Assembly: GCF_036365525.1 (NCBI RefSeq)
Contig: NC_090380.1
Location: 51,307,331 to 51,371,330, forward strand
Direction: 5' to 3'
DNA: 64,000 bases
DNA from: Heterodontus francisci
Lineage: Eukaryota
A program made the translations under genes and the position numbers. Shown piece by piece: positions 38,700 through 50,029 of this stretch (position 1 is the first letter of the stretch; every line of letters starts with the position of its first letter). A model generated the notes under the pieces. That model saw only the letters and a list, made by a program, of their open reading frames with translations, did not search any database and was not told the DNA's origin.

Positions 38700-39065
38700 A
38701 CGGTGCCATGTTAGAGGTAGGTTATGTCTAACTAACATGATTCAATTTTTTGGAGTGGTAACAAGGAGGGTCTATGAGGGTAGTGCATTTGACATAGTCT
38801 CTATGGATTTTAGCAAGGTTTTTGATAAGGTCCCACATGGCAGACTGATCATTGATGTAAAAGCCCACGGGATCCAAGTCAAAGTGGCAAGTTGGATCCA
38901 AAATTGGCTCAGAGGCAGGAAGTAAAGGATAATGGTCAATGAGTGTTTTGTGACTGGAAGGCTGTTTCCAGTGGGCTCCCGCAGGACTCAGTATGAGGTC
39001 CTTTGCTTTTTGTGAGATATATCAATGATGGGACTTGAATGTAGGGGATAGGATTAAGATGCTTA
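38700..39065 (+). mobile_element. CR1 RT internal fragment
   Basis: CLTNMIQFF..MDFSKVFDKVPHGRL..WIQNWL. Confidence 0.85.
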
Positions 39066-39069
39066 CAGC

Positions 39070-40712
39070 TCCTCGAACGCATGTGCGGTGCTCTCACCAG
39101 CTTGTGACCCTGAATTTAAAACCGAGCGTAAACCCCCATGCTGAGCGTAACTGTGCTGGTGGAAGGTGCGTGAGAGTCAGGTGACTGTGCATCCTCTGAC
39201 TGCTCCTCCTCAGAGGTCCCTCTTCTGATGGAGCCTCCTGATGGATGCCAATCTACATGAGAGAACACACACATCTGTAGTTTAGGCTGTACAGATCTCG
39301 CCATGCCATCCAAGTGTCATGTGGACCTGTCGGCTGTCGATTGAAGACAATCCTCACTCTCTCGCACAGAGACTCCAGTCTCATCATCCGCTATTGTGCG
39401 GCCACCCTGGGTCCCCACGACTCCAGTGCCTCCTCCTCAGCTGTTGAGAGAGGCTGTATGTCTGGAATTGCTCCACCAGTCTGCAAGGTCTCTCTGTTGT
39501 TATGGGCCCACTTGTTCTGTAAGTGGAAAGTGGGAGATAGTAAGATTTCAAAGAAAGTGCGATAGAACAGTTCTGCTAGTGGCACCAACACACCAAGGCT
39601 CCTTAGACAGCACCTTCCAAGCCTGCAACCTCTACCAACTGGAAGGACCCAGGCAGCAAATGCATGGGAACACCACCACCTGCAAGTTCCCATCCAAGTC
39701 ACACACCATCCTGACTTAGAACTATATCACCGTTCCTTCACTGTCGCTGGGTCAAAATCCTGGAACTCCCTTCCTAACAGCACTGTAGATGTACCTACCT
39801 CACATGGACTGCAGCGGTTCAAGAAGGCAGCTCAAGGGCAATTAGGGATGGGCAATAAATGCTGGCCTGGCCAGCGACGCCCACATCCCATGAATGAATG
39901 ATAAAAAAAAGCCCCTTGTCCCCTGCTGGGGTTTCCTATATGGCTCATCCCCATGTCCACTCTCAGTGGAGTTAATCCGGGTAAGCTTTGCAAGATAGTG
40001 GCCAGTGGCCGAGAAGCAGACAGGCCTTCATGGTGCCTCCCTCCCTATACCACACTACTGCTGCGTAGCCACATGCAATCCGCAAAGAGGAGAGAGGTAT
40101 GGAGCACTCACCCTGGCAGAATGAAGGAGGTTGTTGACTCTCTTCCTGCACTGGACCCATGTTCGTGGGGGACGGGGGGTGGGTGGTGGTGTGACCCCCA
40201 TGACTGCTGACCTCCTCTCTGATCTCCATCTAGGCTTGCTTGGTCAGGTGGGAGGTCATCGTCTTGCCGTCCCTGGGAAGAGGACCTCCCGCTTTTCCTG
40301 CTTTGGAGGAGAATCTTCAGGGAGGTATCGCTAAACCTTGGGCAACCTGGTGTCTTGCCTCTGCTGTCCTGGGGCACCCTTGGCGGGGTGGGGGTCGGGG
40401 TGGGGGTGAGGTGTCCAGGAGTCACTCCAACACCGGTTTCTGCCGTGAGCAGCAAATGACTCAAAGGCAGCAATGCAAGCAGGCCTGGCAGGGCTTTAAA
40501 TATGGTGCCAGCACCTGCCCCAGAGCCATCTGATGCCACAATCACTGCCTCGAAGCCTGCCCCTGTTGTGTAATTCGGCCTTTGCCTCCAATATGAGAAT
40601 TGGCCATCCGCCATGTGATTGCGGTGGGCCGGTCGCACACTTGACGAATGCCGACGGCACCCACTTCCAGTTGTGCCGTCGGAAGTCGCGATGGGTTCAC
40701 TAAATTCAGCCC
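39070..40712 (-). mobile_element. Harbinger derivative with three Myb-gene exon remnants
   Basis: TIR TAAATTCAGCCC at 40712. RFSDTSLKILLQ (exon 1); NKWAHNNRETLQTGGAIPD..EEEALE (exon 2); acidic/Ser-rich exon 3. Confidence 0.7.
39583..39910 (+). mobile_element. 3' fragment of the LINE family seen at 50997-54260
   Basis: Reverse-complement match to 51000-51330. Tail gcccacatcccatgaatgaat plus an A-run. Confidence 0.85.
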
Positions 40713-40713
40713 G

Positions 40714-41222
40714 ATGTTTCTGTCTGATAATGGACAGAATTTGCCACAAAGTTGAGCTCAGAGACGTGTGACAACATGAACTTCCTGGTCATGACTACCA
40801 CAGCTGAAAGATCGTTCATCATGGACTCTGTGAAAGGAATCGTGCAGTGATTGATAAAATGCTGCATAAAATTTTCGCTGATCATCCAGACTGCAAGTTG
40901 ATAACCGTACTGGCATGGAGGGTTTATGCGAAGAGTTCACTCCAGATAGATGGAGGGATAGTCCCTATCAATTAGTCTGTGGGCGAAATCCCAAATTGTC
41001 TTCTGTGCTATGCAACAATCTTGCTCTAGTAGGTACTGCAATTAGATCCATCTTTTTTGCATATTTGAATATTTTACATAGAGGGCGACAGGCTTTCATT
41101 AAGGCTGACGTCTTGGAGGAGAATCAGAGAGCACTGAGGCATCGTAGAAGACCATCTGAGTTATAATTTAATTCAAGAGATTTTAAAAGGGAATGGAAAG
41201 GCCCTGGTAAGGTCATAGATTG
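40714..41222 (+). pseudogene. Copia integrase core remnant
   Basis: FLSDNG..GLCERNRAVIDKML..SPYQLVCGRNPKL..WKGPGKVI, frameshifted. Confidence 0.8.
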
Positions 41223-42626
41223 TGTAAGGCATAACCTTTTACCCTTGACAGGTTATTCTACATTTCGGATAGGAGAAGTACATGAAATAATGAGACAACA
41301 CTCCAAGTCCAAATTAAACCCTAATGTCTTTACTAAGTTTGGTAGGAACATCAGTTAATAATACAATATGCCCATTAGTCACAAATATGTTACAAGGAGG
41401 TATACATACAATCATCCAGCGAGAAGTTAACCTCCTGTTGATCGCACTCTTCAGCAATTGATCAACTTGACTGGCTGTCGAACCAACTTACTCTTTACAA
41501 TGATTTTTATGCTCTTCGTTCTAAGGTGGGCAGGATGTTTCATTGACAGGATTGTACTGTCCAATCAAAATCCACCTTAAGCTACAATTGTCCAATGGGG
41601 TGCCTAATTCTTTGTTCAAACTATGATATTAAAATCCACCCTGCTGTTGGACATCTGTTTTAAACTTCCTTCAGTAATTCCATCATTCTTGGATGCTGCA
41701 GATCTGTTTAGATTGTTATCAGCACACACAATGGCAACTTCCCTCCCTGGTCACACATATTTCTTTAGGACCACCTAGATAACTAAACAATCAGAATTCC
41801 TCAAATTACTGACTTTTTTACAAGTTGTTGCTTGGTGATTTAAAGACAGAGTTTATCTGATCAAGCATATTAAATAAGTATAGCTTCTTGTGGAGTTAGT
41901 TTCTCTCCAATTCAAAAGAAAAAAATTCTGACATCATCAATCAACGACAGTTTGTGCCATTTTCGAGCAGTTTTCAAAACACTTAAATTAGCTATATCTC
42001 TGAAGTTCTGTTTTATACTTGCCCTGGACAGACATGTAGTAAAGGGTTAATACCAAAGACCATGAGAGAGACCCCTCTCACTGTATGAGTGATGATGTAA
42101 CCGTCACATGAGATAGGCTTGAGAGAAGATGGTATAGCAGCACGAAGGATGCTAGCTTAGGTGGCTTGTGGAGAGCATATATGGTGACTGTAGATAATAG
42201 AGTTGTTAGGTAACCTTTACCAGAATCTAAGACTTTCTCTGGAATGCCCTACAACACTACAAATCCAACTAAACCCAACACAGACTTCATGATTCTGTGT
42301 CCTTTATGTCCAATTTTCTTTCTTATCAGACTTAACAAAGCATAACGTTTCTAACTTTGCATCAGAGTAAAACAGCTTTGAATTATGACTGTTCGTTGGT
42401 TTCAACCCTATTTTATGACCCTTGGGCCTCTTGCTAAACATTCCTTAGCCTGAAAGTGTTGCTTTTCATCACAGATCAATAACACTGTTCAACTGTGCAA
42501 AAACAGCCCGACAACTGCCTAAGCAAAAAGTACTTCTCCTTTTAATTGAACTATCGACAACCCCCTGGGTTGAATAGCTTTCATAAATCTCAAGCACAAA
42601 TTTCACTTAAATTACAAATTCTTACA
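41223..42626. mobile_element. Solo-LTR-like insertion (unclassified)
   Basis: TGTAAG...CTTACA inverted termini. Copia integrase is continuous across it. TSD not clean. Confidence 0.55.
42034..42280 (+). mobile_element. Small solo LTR nested in the previous insertion
   Basis: (A)TGTAGT...CAACA flanked by direct repeat CAGAC (42029-42033 / 42281-42285). Confidence 0.6.
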
Positions 42627-42751
42627 GTCATGATGATAAGAAAGTACTTACCATACATGGCAACCAAACTGGTAAGGTTCATTCCTCATGATTAATAGTA
42701 ATTAATTCAAAAATATCAGACTCTGAGAAGCTGACAAGTAAACAAGGCACC

Positions 42752-43499
42752 AGGCTGAAATTTACGCCACACCAGCAGGTCGGATGGTGGTGTGGGGGTG
42801 GCGTAAAATTGAGCGGCAGGCTCTGGGAGGCCGACTCACCCCGCTTCTGCCTGCGGACAAGTTTACAGCGTCGGGAGGGCGATGGGAAATGGCCCACCCG
42901 CCTGAGGCTAATCAAGGCTCTTAAATGGCCACTTAACAGCCACTTAAGGGCCCTTGCCCGCATCCATGGGTATTTTACTCATGGCAAGAGGGCATGCTGA
43001 GGACGTGAAATGTTGCCCAGTGATAGCTGCCGGCTTTTCCACGCCCCAGTGTGGGGATGGGGGGGGCCATGGCAGTCGGGCACAGGGTGCCTGATTGAGG
43101 GCCACCCTCACCTCCCAACCCACCCCCGGGACCCAAGTCACACCCCCTCCCCCCAAATGACCACTCCAGCCTGACCAGGGAAGGACCGATCCCCCTGGTG
43201 AGGCATGCCCCCACTTACCTTCCCTCCTCGATCCATGGCGTCGGCTGGGCTGCAGTCCCATCAGTGGCCACCACTCCCAGTGGCACAGCTGGGACTAAAA
43301 CATGCCGGCCCGCTGATTGGCCTCCAGCTCACTGAGGCGGGACCTCCTCCCTCAAGTGGGTGGAAGTCCCGCCTTGGGACAATTAAAGCCTGGGGACCCT
43401 TAAAATATGGGACAGGTCCCCGGACTAGGCAGAAGCGGGTTCACCACCGACTTTCACGTCGGAGTCTGGCTCCCGTCCATCCATCGTAAAATTCCGGCC
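42752..43499. mobile_element. GC-rich Harbinger MITE
   Basis: TIR GGCTGAAATTTACG / CGTAAAATTCCGGCC. Confidence 0.75.
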
Positions 43500-44084
43500 A
43501 CCTTGTGGCTCAAATGCTCATGCGTTTTGTGATGAAGGTCCCAAGGAACAGAATACGGTAGATCAAGGGCTGGATATGGCAATGTAAATGATCATGACAC
43601 ACAGGACAGAGCTATCACATCCAAAGTCCAATTGCCGACAGTGGGTACTCGAGAGACATAAATTCCAGAGTAATCCAGTGAATGGAGGAATGCAACAAAT
43701 GTGAGATGAAAAAGCTACTGGCAAGTCTAAATATTGGTTGAGTGTTTAGGATGATGGCCATGAAGTGAGATCCATGGACTGGCAGAATGGGGTCGTGGAG
43801 TGGAGAGTAAGAAAACGCAGTGCAAGTGCTGATAGTGGGTCCAAAAGTGACTCTTGCATCAGAAAACGATCACGTACTGGAGCAAGAGCTTCCAATAGTT
43901 CAAGAGGCAGATCTCACAGCATGAGTCCCAGTGGTCAAAAAAGTGCAAGCAGAGGCTGTTGCTTGAATAGGTTACACAATGAAATAAAGGCTACAGAACA
44001 GTCTTGGAACAGAACTAGAAGCAGAAGTCCTGATGATTATGAACTTTTGGTGGCTGCCATTAAACTTGAGGACAAACTAATAAG

Positions 44085-46640
44085 AGAAGCAAAATAAAGG
44101 GCATTAGACAGCTGAAGAGAGTTTGGAGTTTATTCTGAGGTACCAGATATAGGGCAACCAAATTTATCGCATTGGTGGATTTGTGCTGAAATAATGCTTA
44201 CAGGTGGGGCTTATAAAGCTAAAGTGAGGCTAATTGTTAGGGTTCTGAAGGGTGACTGGGTGATATAGATGTTAGAGTGTCATAGAGTCACAGAGCTATA
44301 CAGCACAGAAACAGGCCCTTCGGCCCATCGTGTCTGTGCCGGCCGTCAAGCACCTACCTATTCTATTCCCATTTTCCAGCACTTGGCCCATAACCTTGTG
44401 TGCTATGGCATTTCAAGTGCTCATCTAAATACTTCTTAAATGTTGTGATGGTTCCTGCTTCTACCACCTCTTCAGGCAGTGCGTTACAGATTCCAACCAT
44501 CCTCTGGGTGAAAAACTTTTTTGTCAAATCCCCTCTAAACCTCCTGCCCCTTACCTTAAATTTATGCCCCTAGTTATTGACCCCTCCACTAAGGGAAAAT
44601 GTTTCTTCCTATCTAATCTATCAATGCCCCTCATAATCTTGTACACCTCAATCATGTCCCCACTCAGCCTCCTCTGCTCCAAGGAAAACAACCCTAGCCT
44701 TTTCAGTCTTTCTTCATAGCTGAAATGCTGCAGCCCTGGCAACATCCTGGTGAATCTCCTCTGCACCCTCTCCAGTGCAATCACATCTTTTCTATAGTGT
44801 GGTGACCAGAACTGTACACAGTACTTCAACTGTGGCCTAACTAGCGTTTTATACAGCTCCATCATAACCTCCCTGCTCTTATATTCTATGCCTCGGCTAA
44901 TAAAGGCAAGTATCCCATATGTCTTCTTCACCACCTTATCTACCTGTGCTGCTGCCTTCAGTGATCTATGGACACGTACACCAAGGTCCCTCTGACCCTC
45001 TGCACTTCCTAGGGTCCTACCATCCATTGTATATTCCCTTGCCTTGTTAGTCCTCCCAAAATACATCACCTCACACTTCTCAGGATTAAATTCCATTTGC
45101 CACTGCTCCGCCCATCTTACCAGCCCATCTATATCGTCCTGCAATCTGAGGCTTTCCTCCTCACTATTTACAACACCACCAATTTTCGTGTCATCTGCGA
45201 ACTTACTGATCATACCTCCTTTATTCACGTCTAAATCATTAATGTACACTACAAACAGCAAGGGTCCCAGCACCGATCCCTGCGGTACACCATTGGTCAC
45301 AGGCTTCCACTCGCAGAAACAATCCTCAACCATCACCCTCTGCCTCCTTCCACGAAGCTAATTTTGGATTCAATTTGCCAAATTGCCTTGGATCCCATGG
45401 GCTCTTACCTTCTTAACCAATCTCCCATGCGGGACCTTTTCAAAAGCCTTACTGAAGTCCATGTAGACTACATCAACTGCTTTACCCTCATCTGCACATC
45501 TAGTCACCTCCTCGAAAAATTCAATCAAGTTAGTTAGACACGATCTCCCCCTGACAAAGCCATGCTGACTATCCCTGATTAATCCCTGGAGATTAATTCT
45601 GTCCCTCAGAATTTTTTCCAATAGTTTCCCAACCACTGATTAGCCTCACCGGCCTGTAATTATTACCTGGTTTATCCTTGCTACCCTTCTTGAATAATGG
45701 TACCACATTCACTGTCCTCCAGTCCTCTGGTACCTCTCCTGTGGCCAGAGAGGATTTGAAAATTTGTGTCAGAGTGGATTCTCCTACAGCTGAAAAAGTA
45801 ATCTTAAAAATCTTTTCAGCGCCTTTGGCCACGTATTCAGGGGAGTGCAGATCAATCAACATAAAAACTGCATTTCTGCAGGGAGATACTTTTCAAAGAG
45901 AAGTGTTTCTGAAACCGCCCAAAGAAGCAGCAAATGCAGAAGGGGAACTGTGGAAATGAAACAAATGCATTTATGGCCTGAATGGTGCTTCCAGGGTGTA
46001 GTATTTTTCCGTGAGTTCTGTTTTGCAGAAAATTGGTTGCATTCAACTAAAAGTAGATCCCGTAATGTTTTATTGGTATCATAAAGGAACATTTTCAGGC
46101 ATCTTCATAATGCATGTTGATTTCTTGTGATGTGGTACTGTGGAATTTGAAAAATGTGTTATTCATAAGATTTGAGTAGAATTTAAAATTGGGAGTCTGG
46201 CTTGTCGGGCTTTTAAATATGTTGATTTAAACATTAAGCAAAGTAGATCTGGAATAACTTTAGATCAACAATCCTCATTCGAGCGTGTTACTCCCATCCT
46301 GGTTTATCATGCTCGGTCATCACAGAAAGGTGATGTTATATCTAAATAAGGGACAGAGCAATTGCAAAGCATGATTAATCAATTAATCTGATTGTGCACT
46401 CAGACTAGGCCTGATGCGAGTTTTGATGTTTTGGATTTAAGTACTATGATTAAACACCCTAATGTTGAGAATGTTTGAAGGGCGAATAAAACATTAAAAA
46501 GTAATGAATCAGGAGAAATGCATACTTAAGCTTCCATCCTTAGGTGTCCCAAAGAACATGAAATTAGTCATTTTTAGTGATGCTTCACATGCTAATCTTC
46601 CTGATTGGCATTCTAGCGCAGTTGATTGCATCATATTTCT
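44085..46640 (+). pseudogene. Copia RT and RNase H remnants (split by CR1)
   Basis: EAK..LDS*REFGVYSEV; YKAKVRLIVR; VDSPTA..INIKTAFLQG..VFLKPPKEA..LWK*NKCIYGL; LVIFSDASHANL. Confidence 0.82.
44280..45770 (-). mobile_element. 5'-truncated CR1 LINE, relatively young
   Basis: 261-aa ORF 44551..45336 with PQGSVLGP/FADD. Tail at 44280. AGAGTG repeated at both junctions. Confidence 0.94.
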
Positions 46641-46642
46641 TA

Positions 46643-48850
46643 TCATAGAATTATAGAATGGTTAAAACACTGAAGGAGGTCATTCAGCCTATCATGCTCA
46701 GGCCAGCTCTCTGCAAGAGCAACTGATCCAGTCCCACTCCCTTGCCATTTCCCCAAGCATGTAATTTTTTCTGCTTCAGATAATTATTCAATTCCCTTTT
46801 GAAAACCATGGTTGAATCTGCCTTCACCACACTCTCAGGCAGTGCATTCTAGATCCAAACTACTCGCTGCATAAAAAATGTTATTCCCTATGTTGCTGTT
46901 GCTTCTTTTGCCAATCACCTTAAATTGGTGTCCTCTGGTTCTCGACCCTTCTGCTAACAGGCACAGTTTCTCCCTATCTGCTCTGTCCAGACCCCATATG
47001 GTTTTGAACATCTCTATCAAAGCTCCTCTTAATCTTCTCTTCTCCAAGGAAAACAGCCCCAGCTTCTCCAATCCATCCACATTACTGAAGTTCCTCATCC
47101 CTGGAACCATTCCAGTGAATCTTTTCTGCACCTTCTCTAATGCCTTCATATCCTTCCTAAAGTGTGGTGCCCAGAACTGGATGCAATACTCCTGTTGAGG
47201 CTAAATCAGTATTTCATACAGGTTTATCATAACTTCCTTGCTTTTGTACTCTACATTCCTATTTATAAAGCCCAGGATCCTGTATGCCTTATTAACCACT
47301 TTCTCAATCTGCCCTGCTACCTTCAATGATTTTTGCAGATATACCCCCAGGTCCCTCTGCTCTTGCACCCCCATTAGAATTGTACCCTTTATTTTATATT
47401 GCCTATCCCTATTCTTCATACCAAAATGAATCAGTTCATACTTCTCTGCATTAAATTTCATCTGCCATGTGTCTGCTGTTCCACCAGTCTGTCAATATCC
47501 TCTTAAATTCTATCACTGTCCCCCTCACAATGCACAATAGATTAGATTAGATTAGATTAGAGATACGGCACTGAAACAGGCCCTTCGGCCCACCGAGTCT
47601 GTGCCGACCATCAACCACCCATTTATACTAATCCTACACTAATCCCATATTCCTACCAAACATCCCCATCTGTCCCTATATTTCCCTACCACCTACCTAT
47701 ACTAGTGACAATTTATAATGGCCAATTTACCTACCAACCTGCAAGTCTTTTGGCTTGTGGGAGGAAACCGGAGCACCCGGAGAAAACCCACGCAGACACA
47801 GGGAGAACTTGCAAACTCCACACAGGCAGTGCCCAGAATCGAACCCGGGTCCCTGGAGCTGTGAGGCTGCAGTGCTAACCACTGCACCACTGTGCCGCCC
47901 ACTTCCAAGTTTTGTATCATCTGCAAATTTTGAAATTGTATTCTGTACACCTGAGAGTAGGTCATTAATATATTTCAAGAAAAGCAGGGTTCCTAACTTT
48001 GAGCCCTGGGAACCCCACTATATACCTTCCTCCAGTCCGAGAAACAACTGCTCACCACTACTCTCTGTTTCCTGTCACTTAGCTAATTTCATATCCATGC
48101 TGCTACTGTCCCTTTTATTCCATGGGCTCCAGCTTTGCTGACAAGACTGTTATGTGGCACCTTATCAAATGCCTTCTGGAAACCTAAGTACAATACATCC
48201 ACCAGTTACCCTTTATCCGCAACACATGTAACTCCCTCAAAGAACTCCAATAAATTGGTTAAACATGATTTCCCTTTCACAAAACCATGTTGATTCTGCC
48301 TGATTACCTTGAAAATTTATAAATGCCCTGCTATAATGTCTTTAATAATAGCTTCTAACATTTTCCCTAAGACAGATGCTAAGCTAACTGGCCTGTAGTT
48401 TCCTGCTTTCTGTCTCCCTTTTTGAATAAAGGAGTTACATTCGCTATTTTCCAATCTAATGGAATCTTACCCGAATCTAGGGAATTTTGGAAAATTGAAA
48501 CTAACGCATCAACTAGCTCACGAACCACTTCTTTTAAGACCCTAGGATGAAGTTCATCAGGACCCGGGGACTTGCCAGCCTACAGCTCCGACAACTTGTT
48601 CAGTACCACTTCCATGGTGATTGTAATTTTCTTGAGTTCCTCCCTCCTTTCCATTTTCTGACTTACAGATAATACTGGGATGTTACTTGTATCCTCAATA
48701 GTGAAGACCTACACAAAATATCTGTTCAATTTGTCTACCATCTCCTTATTATCTATTATTAGTTCCCCAGACTCACTTTCTATCGGACCAACACTCACTT
48801 TGTTAACTTTTCTTTTTTAAATATATATGGAAACTCTTACTATCTGTCCC
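46643..48850 (-). mobile_element. CR1 LINE fragments (interrupted by a SINE)
   Basis: ORFs 46835..47149 and 47201..47461. KFADDTKLG continues past the SINE. Upstream RT region 48120-48850. Confidence 0.88.
47539..47900 (-). mobile_element. Full-length HE1-like V-SINE
   Basis: tRNA head (A-box TGGTGCAGTGG, B-box GGTTCGATTC), V-domain, CR1-type 3' end and (CTAAT)n tail. Confidence 0.92.
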
Positions 48851-48869
48851 TGACCACTGACCAAATCAG

Positions 48870-49270
48870 AAGACCCTATCCTAAGACTGCCTCCTGGTAC
48901 AAAATATCCAGGTAGCTTTTCCTCTCCCTGATGTTTTGCAGTGTCTGCAGCTCGGACTCCAGTTCAATGACTCTGAGCCGAAGTTTTTCAAGGCCCAAAC
49001 GCTTACTGCAGACGTGTTTGCCCTGGATCACACTGGCATCCAGGAGCTCCCACATGCTGCAGCCGTGACACATCACCTGTCCTGCCATCCTTAATGTGCT
49101 TTAATTAATTACTTAATTATTTTATTTTCTTACATATTTTATGAAGATTACCACTAGCTCTTTTACTATTTTAAACGGTAGGATTACAATGGACCTTAAT
49201 TACTTACCAGATACTCACCAAACAGGTAGCTTCTTCCCAAATCAATCATCTACCTGCTTGCCTGTGATGT
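48870..49270 (-). mobile_element. CR1 5' region / ORF1 N-terminus
   Basis: MAGQVMCHGCSMWELL..HVCSK..LRLRVIELESELQTL (zinc finger plus coiled coil, typical of CR1 ORF1). Confidence 0.75.
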
Positions 49271-49339
49271 TTGATTGAAATTAAATGCTTACCGTATACT
49301 CACCCCAGCTATGATTATGAATGCTGTTGCTTGAATAGG

Positions 49340-49810
49340 CTGTTGGGTAGCTCTCCAAATTTTAGTACAAGCTCCAGATGTTGGTGAAGAGGAGTTTCCA
49401 GGGTTGGGTTTCCCGTCAATGTTTCTGTTGCCTAGGGCAATGCTGGGTGGTCTGTCTGATATTACTCAACTTTTGTGGAGCAGTTTTGTACAACTGAGTG
49501 CTTTGCTAGGCCATTTCAGAGGGCAGTTAAGAGTCAGCCACATTGCTGTGGGTCCAGAGTCACATGTGGACCAGACCAGGTATGGATGGCAGATTTCCTT
49601 TCCTAAAGGGCATCAGTGAACCAGATGGGTTTCTACAACAATTGACAATGCTTTTATGGCCATCATTATACGAGCTTTTAATTCCATATTTATTAATTGA
49701 ATTCAAAATCTACCTTCTGCTGTGGTGGGATTCAAACCCATGTCCCCAGAGAAATACTAGGAGTCCCTGGGTTGTTAACACAGTGACAATACCACTACGC
49801 CACCACCTCC
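49340..49810 (-). mobile_element. 5' end (tRNA-like head plus start of coding region) of the LINE family at 50997-54260
   Basis: Colinear with 53790-54255, including the head-to-endonuclease junction. Confidence 0.75.
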
Positions 49811-50029
49811 ATAGCCTGTGTGGTTTTGTAGTTTAAGTGGTCTTGTAAGCTAAGGAGTGAGAATTCATATCTCACCACAGGCTGTTTTTAGATGAGTTAA
49901 GTATGGTTCAATGGGTATCAAGCTCACCTTGGAGTTAAACAGTTGTGGGTTCAAGTTCTATTTCAAAGACTTAATCGCATAATCTAGGTCAATACTTCAG
50001 TGCCAGTACTGAGGGAGTGCTGTCATTAC

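Noticed and set aside
47820-47900. tRNA genes at A/B-box sequences (also 38620-38699, 54175-54260, 57650-57730)
   Set aside because: These are SINE or LINE heads continuing into repeat bodies, and no complete cloverleaf could be drawn.
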